Position numbers and translations under genes: made by a program. 28,480 nucleotides of DNA from a virus (Duplodnaviria; Caudoviricetes): IMG/VR virus record IMGVR_UViG_3300005573_000240, positions 1 to 28,480 of that record; one strand, 5' to 3'. Of this stretch, positions 8,986 to 16,825 are shown piece by piece. The notes beneath the pieces are model-generated. The model made no database searches, had not been told where the DNA came from, and saw only the letters and a list, made by a program, of their open reading frames with translations. Positions within the stretch are counted from its first letter, which is position 1. Each line of letters begins with the position of its first letter.

Positions 8986-10058
8986 GCAGGCACCTCCTTG
9001 ACGGCGCGCGTCAGCCCGCGCTTTCGCTTACCAGCGCACGAGCATGGCACGACTGCGTGCCGAAAAACGTAGATCGTTCCGCCGCAATCAGCGCAGCACA
9101 CGCTCTCTTGGAGCGCCCAGTAGGGGTCAGGGCGAGCCCTGGCCTGCACCCACTTCGGAAGATCGCCAATGGCGGAAAGGAACAAGCCGTCACTGCGCGG
9201 AGGAGCGCCTCGAGCCCTCTCGGCAATCCATTCGGCCAGGTATCGCGGATGAATGCCGGCGGCAGCAGCCGTCTGAAGCAGCTTTAGGGCCGTGCCGTCC
9301 CGAGGCGGCTTCCCCACAGCTTGCTGGAGAGCGGCTGTGATGTCCGCTACGCAGTCCGTTGTCTCCGGCGGGCTATTACCAGCTTCCGTAAGAGCCGGCC
9401 GGCTTGCCGCTTCCGCTTCTGCTTCCGCTTCTATATCCGCTTCCGCTTCTGCTTCCGCTTTGGGCTCGCCTAAGGCACGCCTAAGGTTTGCCTTTGGCTC
9501 GCCTAAGGCACGCCTAAGGCACGCCTTAAAGTTACGGTTTATATCTTCCATCGAACTTGATGATTCTTCAGAGCTTGCAAACTCACCAGATGTTTCGCAT
9601 GCTGATCCACCGGTGGAACCGCAGTCATTGTCCGAGCAAGGCCCGCCTTGGGCTTGCCTTAGGTTGGCCTTAGGCACGCCAAAGGTTTGCCTTTGGCTCG
9701 CCTTAGGCTCGCCTTGGTCAGCATGCGGAGGCGGAGGCAGTTCGGAAGGGGCCTCTCGTGGGTGCACCTTCTGGTGACGGGCAAAATTGACCACCTGGAT
9801 GCAGCGCACACCGAGCGCCTCATACCGACAAATGAACCCCATGCGATCTAGCTCCCCAAGCCACTGATCGACCACCGCGTCAGTGACATCGGAGCGCCAT
9901 GGGAACACCATGCCCGCGATCATACGCGGAGAATCTAGCAGCCTACCGTCCCGGTCTGCCGCGCACCATAGGCCAGCGAAGAGGAAATGAGCGCCGATTG
10001 GCAGCGCTGACAATAGCTGGTCCTCAAAGTATACAGGTTTGAGTAATCTCGCCCTCAT
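8982..10058 (-). CDS. Phage replication initiator (replisome organiser-like) with internal origin repeats
   Basis: N-terminal MRARLLKP.YFED...LFAGLWCAADRDGRL.D...NFARHQK wHTH typical of phage initiators; central repeats and an (AE)n tract; AGGAG RBS. Confidence 0.8.
   Translation of the reverse strand: MRARLLKPVYFEDQLLSALPIGAHFLFAGLWCAADRDGRLLDSPRMIAGMVFPWRSDVTDAVVDQWLGELDRMGFICRYEALGVRCIQVVNFARHQKVHPREAPSELPPPPHADQGEPKASQRQTFGVPKANLRQAQGGPCSDNDCGSTGGSACETSGEFASSEESSSSMEDINRNFKACLRRALGEPKANLRRALGEPKAEAEAEADIEAEAEAEAASRPALTEAGNSPPETTDCVADITAALQQAVGKPPRDGTALKLLQTAAAAGIHPRYLAEWIAERARGAPPRSDGLFLSAIGDLPKWVQARARPDPYWALQESVCCADCGGTIYVFRHAVVPCSCAGKRKRGLTRAVKEVPA
9457..9721. repeat. Two arrays of about 7 x 11-bp iterons (consensus GCCTWWGGYNN) flanking an AT-richer spacer; putative origin of replication
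   Basis: 9457-9533 (e.g. gcctaaggcac x3, gcctaaggttt, gcctttggctc) and 9645-9721 (gccttaggttg, gccttaggcac, gccaaaggttt, gcctttggctc, gccttaggctc), inside the initiator gene. Confidence 0.8.
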
Positions 10059-10077
10059 CTGATGCTCCTAATTTCGT

Positions 10078-10303
10078 GTCCCGTTTTGTCCCAAATTCGG
10101 TTCACTTTTGCCTTTTGCGTCCCGTTTTGTCCCATTTGCAATCACGGTATGTCCTTTATTTTCAACGCTCCTGTCCGTAAGTGATTGATCTGCGCTACCT
10201 TGACACGGTAGAGGTCTGGCGTTCAAATCGCCACGGGCCCACCATGTTTTCAACAAGTTACCAATCGCACTCATGAAATCGCGTCCCGTTTTGTCCCATT
10301 TGC
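10078..10303. mobile_element. attP site: tRNA-derived core with arm-type repeats and IHF-like sites
   Basis: GTCCCGTTTTGTCCCA at 10078, 10119 and 10283 on both sides of a tRNA 3' fragment; near-consensus WATCAANNNNTTR sites at 10178-10190 (minus) and 10248-10260 (plus); directly downstream of the integrase. Confidence 0.88.
10192..10244 (+). tRNA. 3' fragment of tRNA-Val(GAC) serving as the attP core; not a complete tRNA
   Basis: Anticodon arm CTACC-TTGACAC-GGTAG, variable loop AGGTC, T arm TGGCG-TTCAAAT-CGCCA, acceptor 3' strand CGGGCCC-ACCA. The 5' acceptor strand and D arm are absent. Confidence 0.9.
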
Positions 10304-11512
10304 CAACAAGGTAGAGGTCCTCATTCTGTCTCGTAGGCGGTCAACCACCTGCATCTCACGCCGCAGATCCTCGAGCGTATACTGCGCCGTAATGGCCGGA
10401 CGGCTGTGCCCAGCCTGGCGCATAGCTTCCAACAGCGTGGCGCCGCATTCTTGCCTCCAGGTGATCGAGAGCCGGCGTAGGGTGTGTAGACCAAATCCCG
10501 TGTGGTAGATTCCAGCCCGTCGCGCTGCCGGTCTCCAGACGTTCTGCTGTAGGTCGCGGTCATCGGGAATGCGTCCATCTGCCCGCGCGAAGACAGGATC
10601 ATCTGGCAAGCTGGTCTCAGGCCTTCGGAACAGAATCTCGTCTGCCAGCGGACCAATGTAGCGCTCGCGGCGGCTGCTTGTGGTCTTTGGATCGTCGATG
10701 TTCCCGCGCGCGTAGCGCCGCTCAATCCGGACCGTGCGCTTGGCTGCATCGATGTCGCTCCATCTCAGCCCCAGGGCTTCGCTGACCCGCAGGCCGGCGA
10801 CAAGACACAACTCCGCCAGCTGCCGCGCCTGCCACGCCGGCATGATGGACGTGTCGCGGATCTCATCGAGCCATCTAAGAATTTGTTCTTCCGTCGGCCT
10901 CGCGAACTCGCGCGCCGGTAAACCTCCGCGCCCTACGGGAGCCCCATGGGCAGGGTTCTCCCCAACCCATATGCGCCACTCGGTGGCGCACCGGAAGATG
11001 GCAGCGAGGAGATTGCGCAGATCGAGCCTGGTCGCCCGGCTGAGACTCGACTTCGCGAGCAGCCATTCTGCGATGACAGAGCGATCGATCTCTCCAAGCC
11101 GAAGATGCCCGAGGTCAGGCAGGATGTGATTGCGGAGGTGCGCCTCGTATTTGGCCCTAGTCGTGGATGCGAGGGTAGGCACGTGAGCTGCACGAAACCG
11201 CTCGATCACCGCAGCTAGCGTAAGCTGCGATGCAACGGTTACCTGACCGCCGTTGATCGTGGCCATGATCTCCGCCTTGCGCTTGCGCGCCTCGCGCAGC
11301 GTGATCTCGTCGCAGTAGCCGAGCCTTATTCGGCGGCGCACAATCTCCACCCGCCCGTCATCTCGGACGATACGTACGTATGGTCTGATCTCGTAATACT
11401 GCCGGCGGCGGCCGGCGCGCTCAATGTGTGGGTCCTGATACCGCATGAGCGTATCATCCCACTCAGCGAGCGCCAGCGCGAGACGGGGGTCAGGCATGGG
11501 CCAAGCGGTCAT
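10271..11512 (-). CDS. int: Tyrosine recombinase / phage integrase
   Basis: 413 aa; GLRVSEALGLRWSDID (R), DPKT (K), HTLRR (HxxR), AGHS (H), TAQY (Y); core-binding region YEAHLRNHILPDLG. Confidence 0.95.
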   Translation of the reverse strand: MTAWPMPDPRLALALAEWDDTLMRYQDPHIERAGRRRQYYEIRPYVRIVRDDGRVEIVRRRIRLGYCDEITLREARKRKAEIMATINGGQVTVASQLTLAAVIERFRAAHVPTLASTTRAKYEAHLRNHILPDLGHLRLGEIDRSVIAEWLLAKSSLSRATRLDLRNLLAAIFRCATEWRIWVGENPAHGAPVGRGGLPAREFARPTEEQILRWLDEIRDTSIMPAWQARQLAELCLVAGLRVSEALGLRWSDIDAAKRTVRIERRYARGNIDDPKTTSSRRERYIGPLADEILFRRPETSLPDDPVFARADGRIPDDRDLQQNVWRPAARRAGIYHTGFGLHTLRRLSITWRQECGATLLEAMRQAGHSRPAITAQYTLEDLRREMQVVDRLRDRMRTSTLLANGTKRDAIS

Positions 11513-11952
11513 GCTCCACCCCCGATATCTTTCCAGTCCAGCCCAGGCATCCCGGAGAGGATCAGGTCCTCAATCCTAGCTGCCACGGCTACATTCCATC
11601 CGCGCCTGCGCGCATCGGAGACCCAGATCTCCTGCGATTTGCGAAGCTTCCCGCCCGGGCGCTTGACTTCGATGTACCAGCAATGGCATGGGCCGAATGG
11701 ATCGCACTGCCGAATGGCAATGTAGTCCGGCGTCCCAGCCTCCTCGCGCTTCACATTCGCCTTTGGTCCGCGCAGGTCTGCCTCGAGGCGGTGCACGCGC
11801 CAGCCGTGATAGCGGAGGAAGTCACAGATCTGTTGGGCGACTTGATTCTCGGTCTGCCGCGAACCGGAGAATGACACATAGATCTTCCTCCGGTCCCGGG
11901 CGGCGCGCTGCTTCGCGCAGATTTCCTCTGCCATTTGGTCAGGCACGTCCAT
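11509..11952 (-). CDS. VRR-NUC (PD-(D/E)xK) nuclease
   Basis: TENQVAQQICDFL..GW, GTPDYIA, YIEVKRPGGKLRKSQEIW motifs; ATG at 11952 preceded by GGAGG. Confidence 0.88.
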   Translation of the reverse strand: MDVPDQMAEEICAKQRAARDRRKIYVSFSGSRQTENQVAQQICDFLRYHGWRVHRLEADLRGPKANVKREEAGTPDYIAIRQCDPFGPCHCWYIEVKRPGGKLRKSQEIWVSDARRRGWNVAVAARIEDLILSGMPGLDWKDIGGGA

Positions 11953-12994
11953 GCGCCGTCCCTCCACCTGTTTGATCCGGCACCTCATCCCATGTGCGGG
12001 CGTCTAGTATCCGCCCCGCATTCCGCTTGCCGACGCGGTATACATACACCTCTCCGCAATCACTTGCGCCACCCGTGCGTCCGTTCCATGCTGTGGTTTC
12101 ACCGAAATAATTGCCAGCGCGGTCCAGGATGCCCCAGTGCGCTCCAGTGTTTCCAGCCGTGGGCTTATCGCCATCCGCGCCAAACTGGTCCTCAGGAAGC
12201 CACTCGCCCCATTGCTTGAAGAAAAATGGAACCCGCGCCGCCTTGCACTGGTCGCGGATCTGTCGAACCCAATCCGGATGCGTAGGTCGTGCTCCAGGCC
12301 CGGGCTCGCCACCGACGATTACCCAGTCGAGGTAACTGTCCTTGGGGCTGCGGGACTCACGCTCGATCTCGAGTATAGGCAGCCAAGTGTACAGATCCAC
12401 AGGCCCCAGTAACGGCTCGCACGATACGAACCTCAGGGCTGCCGGCGTCGCGAGCAGCTCCGGCACCCGCACCTCCGCCGCGCGCTGGTCCTCCACGCTC
12501 ACTCCCAACCACACGTTGGGCAGCGGCCATGCCTCCAACATACGAAACCCGCGCAAATGCCCTAAAAACCGAGCCTTGTTCTCAACCCGCTCCCGAGCCG
12601 AGCGTCCCACGTCAGCCAAAAACCGCCGCATTCGCTCCGCGCGCTTGGTCAGCACCATAAACACGTGCTGCGGTTCCAGCGCCATCACTGCAAACACCTG
12701 CTCAATCCATTCGTCCCGCGCCCCCTCGTGAAACAAATCCCCCATCGAGTTCACAAACACCCGCCGCGGCCGCTGCCATCCCACCGGCTCCATCAGCTTC
12801 TGCCCATTCCCCATCTCTACCCGGCCAGTCCACCGCGGCCCACTAGCACTAAACTGTGCCAGTCCGTCTTCCCCTGAACAAAACCGCGCCGCAATCCGCT
12901 CGGCGTAGCAGTTCCGGCAGCCCTCGCTCACGCGCGAGCATCCACGAATCGGATTCCATACGGCGTCGGCCCATTCGATCTTAGTCTTGGACAC
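11939..12994 (-). CDS. Phage Gp37/Gp68 family (DUF5131) protein
   Basis: TKIEWAD..WNPIRGCSRVSEGCRNCYA, FVNSMGDLFH, LTKR, NVWLGVSVEDQ, RFVSCEPLLG, DWVIVGGE and PFFFKQWG motifs. Confidence 0.93.
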   Translation of the reverse strand: MSKTKIEWADAVWNPIRGCSRVSEGCRNCYAERIAARFCSGEDGLAQFSASGPRWTGRVEMGNGQKLMEPVGWQRPRRVFVNSMGDLFHEGARDEWIEQVFAVMALEPQHVFMVLTKRAERMRRFLADVGRSARERVENKARFLGHLRGFRMLEAWPLPNVWLGVSVEDQRAAEVRVPELLATPAALRFVSCEPLLGPVDLYTWLPILEIERESRSPKDSYLDWVIVGGEPGPGARPTHPDWVRQIRDQCKAARVPFFFKQWGEWLPEDQFGADGDKPTAGNTGAHWGILDRAGNYFGETTAWNGRTGGASDCGEVYVYRVGKRNAGRILDARTWDEVPDQTGGGTAHGRA

Positions 12995-13745
12995 CGCTAC
13001 TTCTCCTTGCTCGTAGAGGCTCTAATTCAAACTCGGTCTGGTTTTCCGCCGGCATGGTGCACATAGTCTGGTTGTTTCTCTGCCAGTAGGATGGACGGAA
13101 TCCATATAGCATCCTCGGGCCCTTGTAGCCGAGTTCAGCCGGGACAGCGCGCATAAGCTTTCCCTCCGGACCGGCGACTGACCAGTCCTCAGACCACGGC
13201 TGGACGTCCCACCGCAGCACAGCGCCCCACCCTTGGTCGGTCTTTTTCCCCAGATGAGTCGCAAATCTTAGCAGCTCCGCGAGGCTCGGACGGTGGCCGA
13301 CTACGTACCACCGCGCGAAAATCGCATGCCTGTAAAAGACGGGCATGTGATAGGCCTTGTAGCGGCCACTCGACTCTTGCACTGCGCCCCATTTGCTGTC
13401 AGGGCCAACCAGGTCCGCGTGCTGGAAATCAAAGCGGCAATTCCAGAATTCCGATCCGCGCGCGACTGGTTCTGACCATTGCGCGAATGAAGCTGCATAG
13501 AACCACATTGGCTGGTGGCCGTTGATGCGCTTAAGCGGAAGCTGGACTCCGGGTACCGCATTGGGATGCGGCACGCCGCTGTAGGTCGCAGTGCGGTCGC
13601 CGTACTTCTCACGCATAGCTATCGAATACAGCACACCGTCCAATGGAAGCATAGCGTCGGAGATGACACCGCACTGGAGCCACGCCGTGATACAGAGTGG
13701 TTCGAACGCCGAGTCCGGAAGCCTGCGATAGGTGCCCTTGTTCAT
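12981..13745 (-). CDS. csf3: Type IV CRISPR-Cas Csf3 (Cas5-group RAMP)
   Basis: EPLCITAWL...LPLDGVL, LPL.R, WFYAAS, SGRYKAY, WYVVG, Gly-rich loop HLGKKTDQGWGAV, LMRAVP, RPSYW. ATG at 13745 overlaps the ibrB stop (ATGA). Confidence 0.85.
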   Translation of the reverse strand: MNKGTYRRLPDSAFEPLCITAWLQCGVISDAMLPLDGVLYSIAMREKYGDRTATYSGVPHPNAVPGVQLPLKRINGHQPMWFYAASFAQWSEPVARGSEFWNCRFDFQHADLVGPDSKWGAVQESSGRYKAYHMPVFYRHAIFARWYVVGHRPSLAELLRFATHLGKKTDQGWGAVLRWDVQPWSEDWSVAGPEGKLMRAVPAELGYKGPRMLYGFRPSYWQRNNQTMCTMPAENQTEFELEPLRARRSSGVQD

Positions 13746-14398
13746 TCCCGGATCTCCCATGCCTCCGAGAACTCCTCGTTGGCGAACAGGTCAGCCAAGC
13801 CGCCGATCTGCTTGAATCGCAGCACCTCATCAGGGTCCATGCCCAGCTCTTTGGCGATTTTCGCGTCGCTCCAATTGCGGCGCGACAGCTCAAGGACGAT
13901 CTCCGTCATCGCATCGACTTGGTGTCGTCCCCTGGCGCGGTTGTGCCGGATCGTGGCGGCCATCCGATTGTCAATGTCGCCTCGTTCTCCACGCACTGCT
14001 ACGATCGGCAGATACCCACGAATTCGCTCGCGCACGGCTTTGCACTCACGGCCCACCCGATTGCGGTGAAAACCGTCTACGACCGTATACTCGCCGGCCT
14101 CCTCAGGGTAGGCAACGATCGGCTGTGTGTAGCCATCAAGCGTGATGGAGAGCTCCAGGAGTCTCATCTCTGGCGGAGCCACGCGGTTCGGGTTGTATGT
14201 GTTGGCCCGTACACGCTCGGCTGGCACCCATTGGAGGCAATCCACGGGCTCGGAGGCGAACGGGCTATGCTTGGCCAGCTCGCGGCGCAGAGCGTTTATG
14301 GCTTCGATGCGTTCCGGCTCTTCAAGTCGATCGAGTTCGGCGAATAATTCAGAACATCCTTCAACGATTCTGTCGATTGCAGTTGTGCTTTCTCCCAT
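13742..14398 (-). CDS. ibrB: IbrB/YbdM-like ParB N-terminal-domain protein
   Basis: SPFASEPVDCLQWV, ANTYNPNRVAPPEMRLLELSI..DGYTQPIV, VVDGFHR, RMAATIRHNRARG, IAKELGMDPDEVLR; AAGGAG RBS before ATG at 14398. Confidence 0.9.
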   Translation of the reverse strand: MGESTTAIDRIVEGCSELFAELDRLEEPERIEAINALRRELAKHSPFASEPVDCLQWVPAERVRANTYNPNRVAPPEMRLLELSITLDGYTQPIVAYPEEAGEYTVVDGFHRNRVGRECKAVRERIRGYLPIVAVRGERGDIDNRMAATIRHNRARGRHQVDAMTEIVLELSRRNWSDAKIAKELGMDPDEVLRFKQIGGLADLFANEEFSEAWEIRE

Positions 14399-15597
14399 CG
14401 CTTTCTCCTTGCCTCCACCAGTCGCTTGTAGCGCTCCGGGTCGGCGCTCTTGAGCTGCGAGAATGACAGCCCCTTGCACCAGTAGTCATTCCGCAGCAGC
14501 GCCTTTGCGATGCGCCTCCAGCTCGGCACCTTTCGCGCGGCCTCCAGCTTTGGATCTGCCTCATCTGGGATAGTGGTCACTCCGCGCGAGGCCCACCAAT
14601 TGATGAACGTGTCAATGCGAGCCACGTAGTGCTCTCGCATGTGCTCAGGCATTGTGGCCAGGAGCAGTTTCGAGAACGACTGCCAAGTATGATGATCGGG
14701 CTTAGATACCCTGAGGTTGCCGCACATATTCCCGGCCTTATGCGCATAGAGTGCGCCTGCGTTGGCTCCGTTGACGCGCGCGACCACGCGGCCCCACGTC
14801 TCCGGCTCGATCACGTGAAAGAGATGAAGCCCCTTTCGCTGGTCATCTCCATACGGCTGGCAAATTCTCATCTGATGAATAGTCAGACCAGCCAGGTGCA
14901 TGCGGTCGTAGAGCTGGTTGTAGCGTTTGTGGGGATGCTTGGCGTGATAGATCCAAATGTCCCTGGTGCGCCAATCGTAAATTGGGTAGACATTGACACA
15001 GCCACCGCGCTTCACCGACGTCCATTTCTTTCCCTCGACGCACGCCTTTTCCGCCATCAACGTGCGGAATCGGTTTAGCGACTCGTCGGCGCGGATACCC
15101 ACCATGCAGGCCGCCGACTCGCCGCGCGCATACCAAGCCCCGAAGTCTTCCACGAACTCCTCAAACTCCATGCCCTCGCGGAAGAACGGGAAGGCGTCCA
15201 GATCGGTGATGGACATGGGCTCAGGCTCGCGCACCCACGCTTCCCTCTTGTTTTTGTCCCAGCAGTACCAACGCGGCTCGTATTGGCTGACTGCGTTCCG
15301 CAGGATCAGCGGCAGGGCGACCCAGTATGGCTCGGTGCAGTCTGCGTACTCGCGAAAGCAGGCCCTCACGTGATCTATGGTCAGCTTGTATTGCGCCTCC
15401 AAGTCGATGAACAGCAGCCCGAAACGCCGCCCGCGCCGGCGCGCCTCGTCAGCGGCCATATGCAGCATGACGGTGCTGTCCTTACCACCGGAGAAGGACA
15501 CATAGACGCGCTCGTAGTTGTCGAACGTCCACGCGATACGCTGCTTCGCCGCGGTGAATACGTCAATGCCGATGGGTCGCTTAAGTGCCGAAGGCAT
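14296..15597 (-). CDS. ibrA: IbrA/YbdN-like PAPS-reductase (CysH-like) protein with DUF3440 C-terminus
   Basis: PP-loop VSFSGGKDS, IDLEAQY, GIRADESLNRF, YPIYDW..DIW, MRICQPYGDDQRKGL, PSWRRI...LLRNDYWC. Confidence 0.9.
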   Translation of the reverse strand: MPSALKRPIGIDVFTAAKQRIAWTFDNYERVYVSFSGGKDSTVMLHMAADEARRRGRRFGLLFIDLEAQYKLTIDHVRACFREYADCTEPYWVALPLILRNAVSQYEPRWYCWDKNKREAWVREPEPMSITDLDAFPFFREGMEFEEFVEDFGAWYARGESAACMVGIRADESLNRFRTLMAEKACVEGKKWTSVKRGGCVNVYPIYDWRTRDIWIYHAKHPHKRYNQLYDRMHLAGLTIHQMRICQPYGDDQRKGLHLFHVIEPETWGRVVARVNGANAGALYAHKAGNMCGNLRVSKPDHHTWQSFSKLLLATMPEHMREHYVARIDTFINWWASRGVTTIPDEADPKLEAARKVPSWRRIAKALLRNDYWCKGLSFSQLKSADPERYKRLVEARRKRWEKAQLQSTESLKDVLNYSPNSIDLKSRNASKP

Positions 15598-15605
15598 GCA
15601 GTTCC

Positions 15606-16487
15606 TCACATCTGTGATAACAGACTGCGAATTTCATCGGCATGTTCACGGATGTGTTCCTCGTATAGCGCTCCGGATGGAAGCGCAAGTTCGAGCACCT
15701 GGTCGCTCCCGAAACCGGCACCGAGCCACCGATCGAGCGACGCGGACAAATGGCCCATGCCAATGTTGCCTTTGCCGCCGACGACCGGGCGCTTCAGCCA
15801 CTCTCGCAAGGCAGTAGCGAATGCGCTGAACTCCATGTCTGACGGGTCGCGCAAAACAATCTGCCAGTAAAATGTCGTTCCGGCCGCGAATGTCTCGACG
15901 TAGTACATCATCTGAGCCGTCTCGTCTGCTGCCACTGAAGGCTGCGCGAGCGACGCATTCTTGTGCTGGTCTCCAGAGTCCTCCTTGCGCGTGTACATCT
16001 CATCCTGGAGGTACTCGTGCACTGATATGGAGGCGCACTGCATCGAGGCGAAATGCTCGGGCAGCAGGTGCTTGGTTTCCGCGCAAACGGGGATAAGTTT
16101 GCCGATGTCCAGCTTGCCCGGCAGGATCGTGTTTCCGACGGCCCCGCCGAACACACTAGCAAGCGGAATCAATCGCCGGAGCCGCAGTGCCTCATTTATT
16201 CCGATGGACCTGGTTGGATCGCTGGTCAGCGATCCGCCGCTGAATAGGAAGTGGAATGCGGGCAGCGGGAGCGAGGTCCCAAGGGTCCGGCACATGTGAA
16301 GCATTCCGACATCGCGGATAATGCCACGAATTGCATTGCCGCTTATGACTGGCACCTCTTCAACGCCTCCGTCCGGCTGAACAAACTTCTCGCGGCGGAG
16401 CTTATTGTCGATGCCAAACGATTGACCGCCGTTGTGCGAAATGCTTGATATCGCGGTGGCCGCGGTGCGGCAAATATAGTTCGTCAT
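15606..16487 (-). CDS. csf2: Type IV CRISPR-Cas Csf2 (Cas7-group backbone RAMP)
   Basis: SSISH, VPVISGNAIRGIIRD, FLFSGGSL, SVFGG...LPGKL.IG..IPVC.ET, YTRKED, QMMYYVETFAAGT, Gly-rich loop VGGKGNIGMG. Confidence 0.92.
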   Translation of the reverse strand: MTNYICRTAATAISSISHNGGQSFGIDNKLRREKFVQPDGGVEEVPVISGNAIRGIIRDVGMLHMCRTLGTSLPLPAFHFLFSGGSLTSDPTRSIGINEALRLRRLIPLASVFGGAVGNTILPGKLDIGKLIPVCAETKHLLPEHFASMQCASISVHEYLQDEMYTRKEDSGDQHKNASLAQPSVAADETAQMMYYVETFAAGTTFYWQIVLRDPSDMEFSAFATALREWLKRPVVGGKGNIGMGHLSASLDRWLGAGFGSDQVLELALPSGALYEEHIREHADEIRSLLSQM

Positions 16488-16825
16488 AGCTGTTTCTCCT
16501 CGATTTCCTGTCGTCGCTTCTCATTGGCGATTCGCGCCAGCAAAACCAGCGTGGTCGCGTCCTCCCGCAGCATTTTGAGCAGATGTTTGTCTTCTCCACT
16601 CGTTACTACGGAGGCGACCGTCGCCCTGTCCTCGCTCCGTATCTCGATGGCGAGCCGCTGGGAGACCTTATCCAAGAACTTGCTAAGCGTCGAGTATCTT
16701 GCGGCGCTTCTGATGTTGTCTTCCAACTGCTGCCAAATGGTCCTGTGATATTTGACCTTGTAGGCGTCCGGAACCCCACGGAATAAGGGATAAACCAATT
16801 GCTGAGACAACTGCTCAAGCGTCAT
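16484..16825 (-). CDS. cas11: Type IV-B small subunit (Cas11/Csf4-like)
   Basis: 113 aa, predicted all-helical (IWQQLEDNIRSAA...LSKFLDKVSQRL), located between csf1 and csf2 as in IV-B loci. Confidence 0.72.
   Translation of the reverse strand: MTLEQLSQQLVYPLFRGVPDAYKVKYHRTIWQQLEDNIRSAARYSTLSKFLDKVSQRLAIEIRSEDRATVASVVTSGEDKHLLKMLREDATTLVLLARIANEKRRQEIEEKQL

Noticed and set aside
9457-9721. 11-bp repeats as a CRISPR or guide array for the type IV module
   Set aside because: Units are contiguous with no unique spacers, too short, and lie in frame inside the initiator gene; iterons explain them better.
10170-10244. Complete phage tRNA-Val gene
   Set aside because: No 5' acceptor strand complementary to CGGGCCC and no D arm upstream.
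10068-10274. 68-aa ORF, possible excisionase
   Set aside because: It is the antisense reading of the tRNA fragment and att repeats (WWARGDLNARPLPCQ is typical tRNA-antisense translation).
10078-10303. GTCCCGTTTTGTCCCA repeats as a mini-CRISPR array
   Set aside because: Spacing is irregular (41 and 164 bp), one copy is inside int, and they flank a tRNA-derived core; this fits integrase arm sites.
14870-14880. Other CTGATGA motifs (also near 23515 and on the minus strand near 24313) as further hammerheads
   Set aside because: They lie inside coding genes and lack the stem II-GAAA-stem III context.
14296-15597. Metabolic cysH (sulfate assimilation AMG) or a Dnd phosphorothioation system
   Set aside because: The sequence is IbrA/DUF3440-type and paired with IbrB; no other cys genes or dndA/D/E are present.
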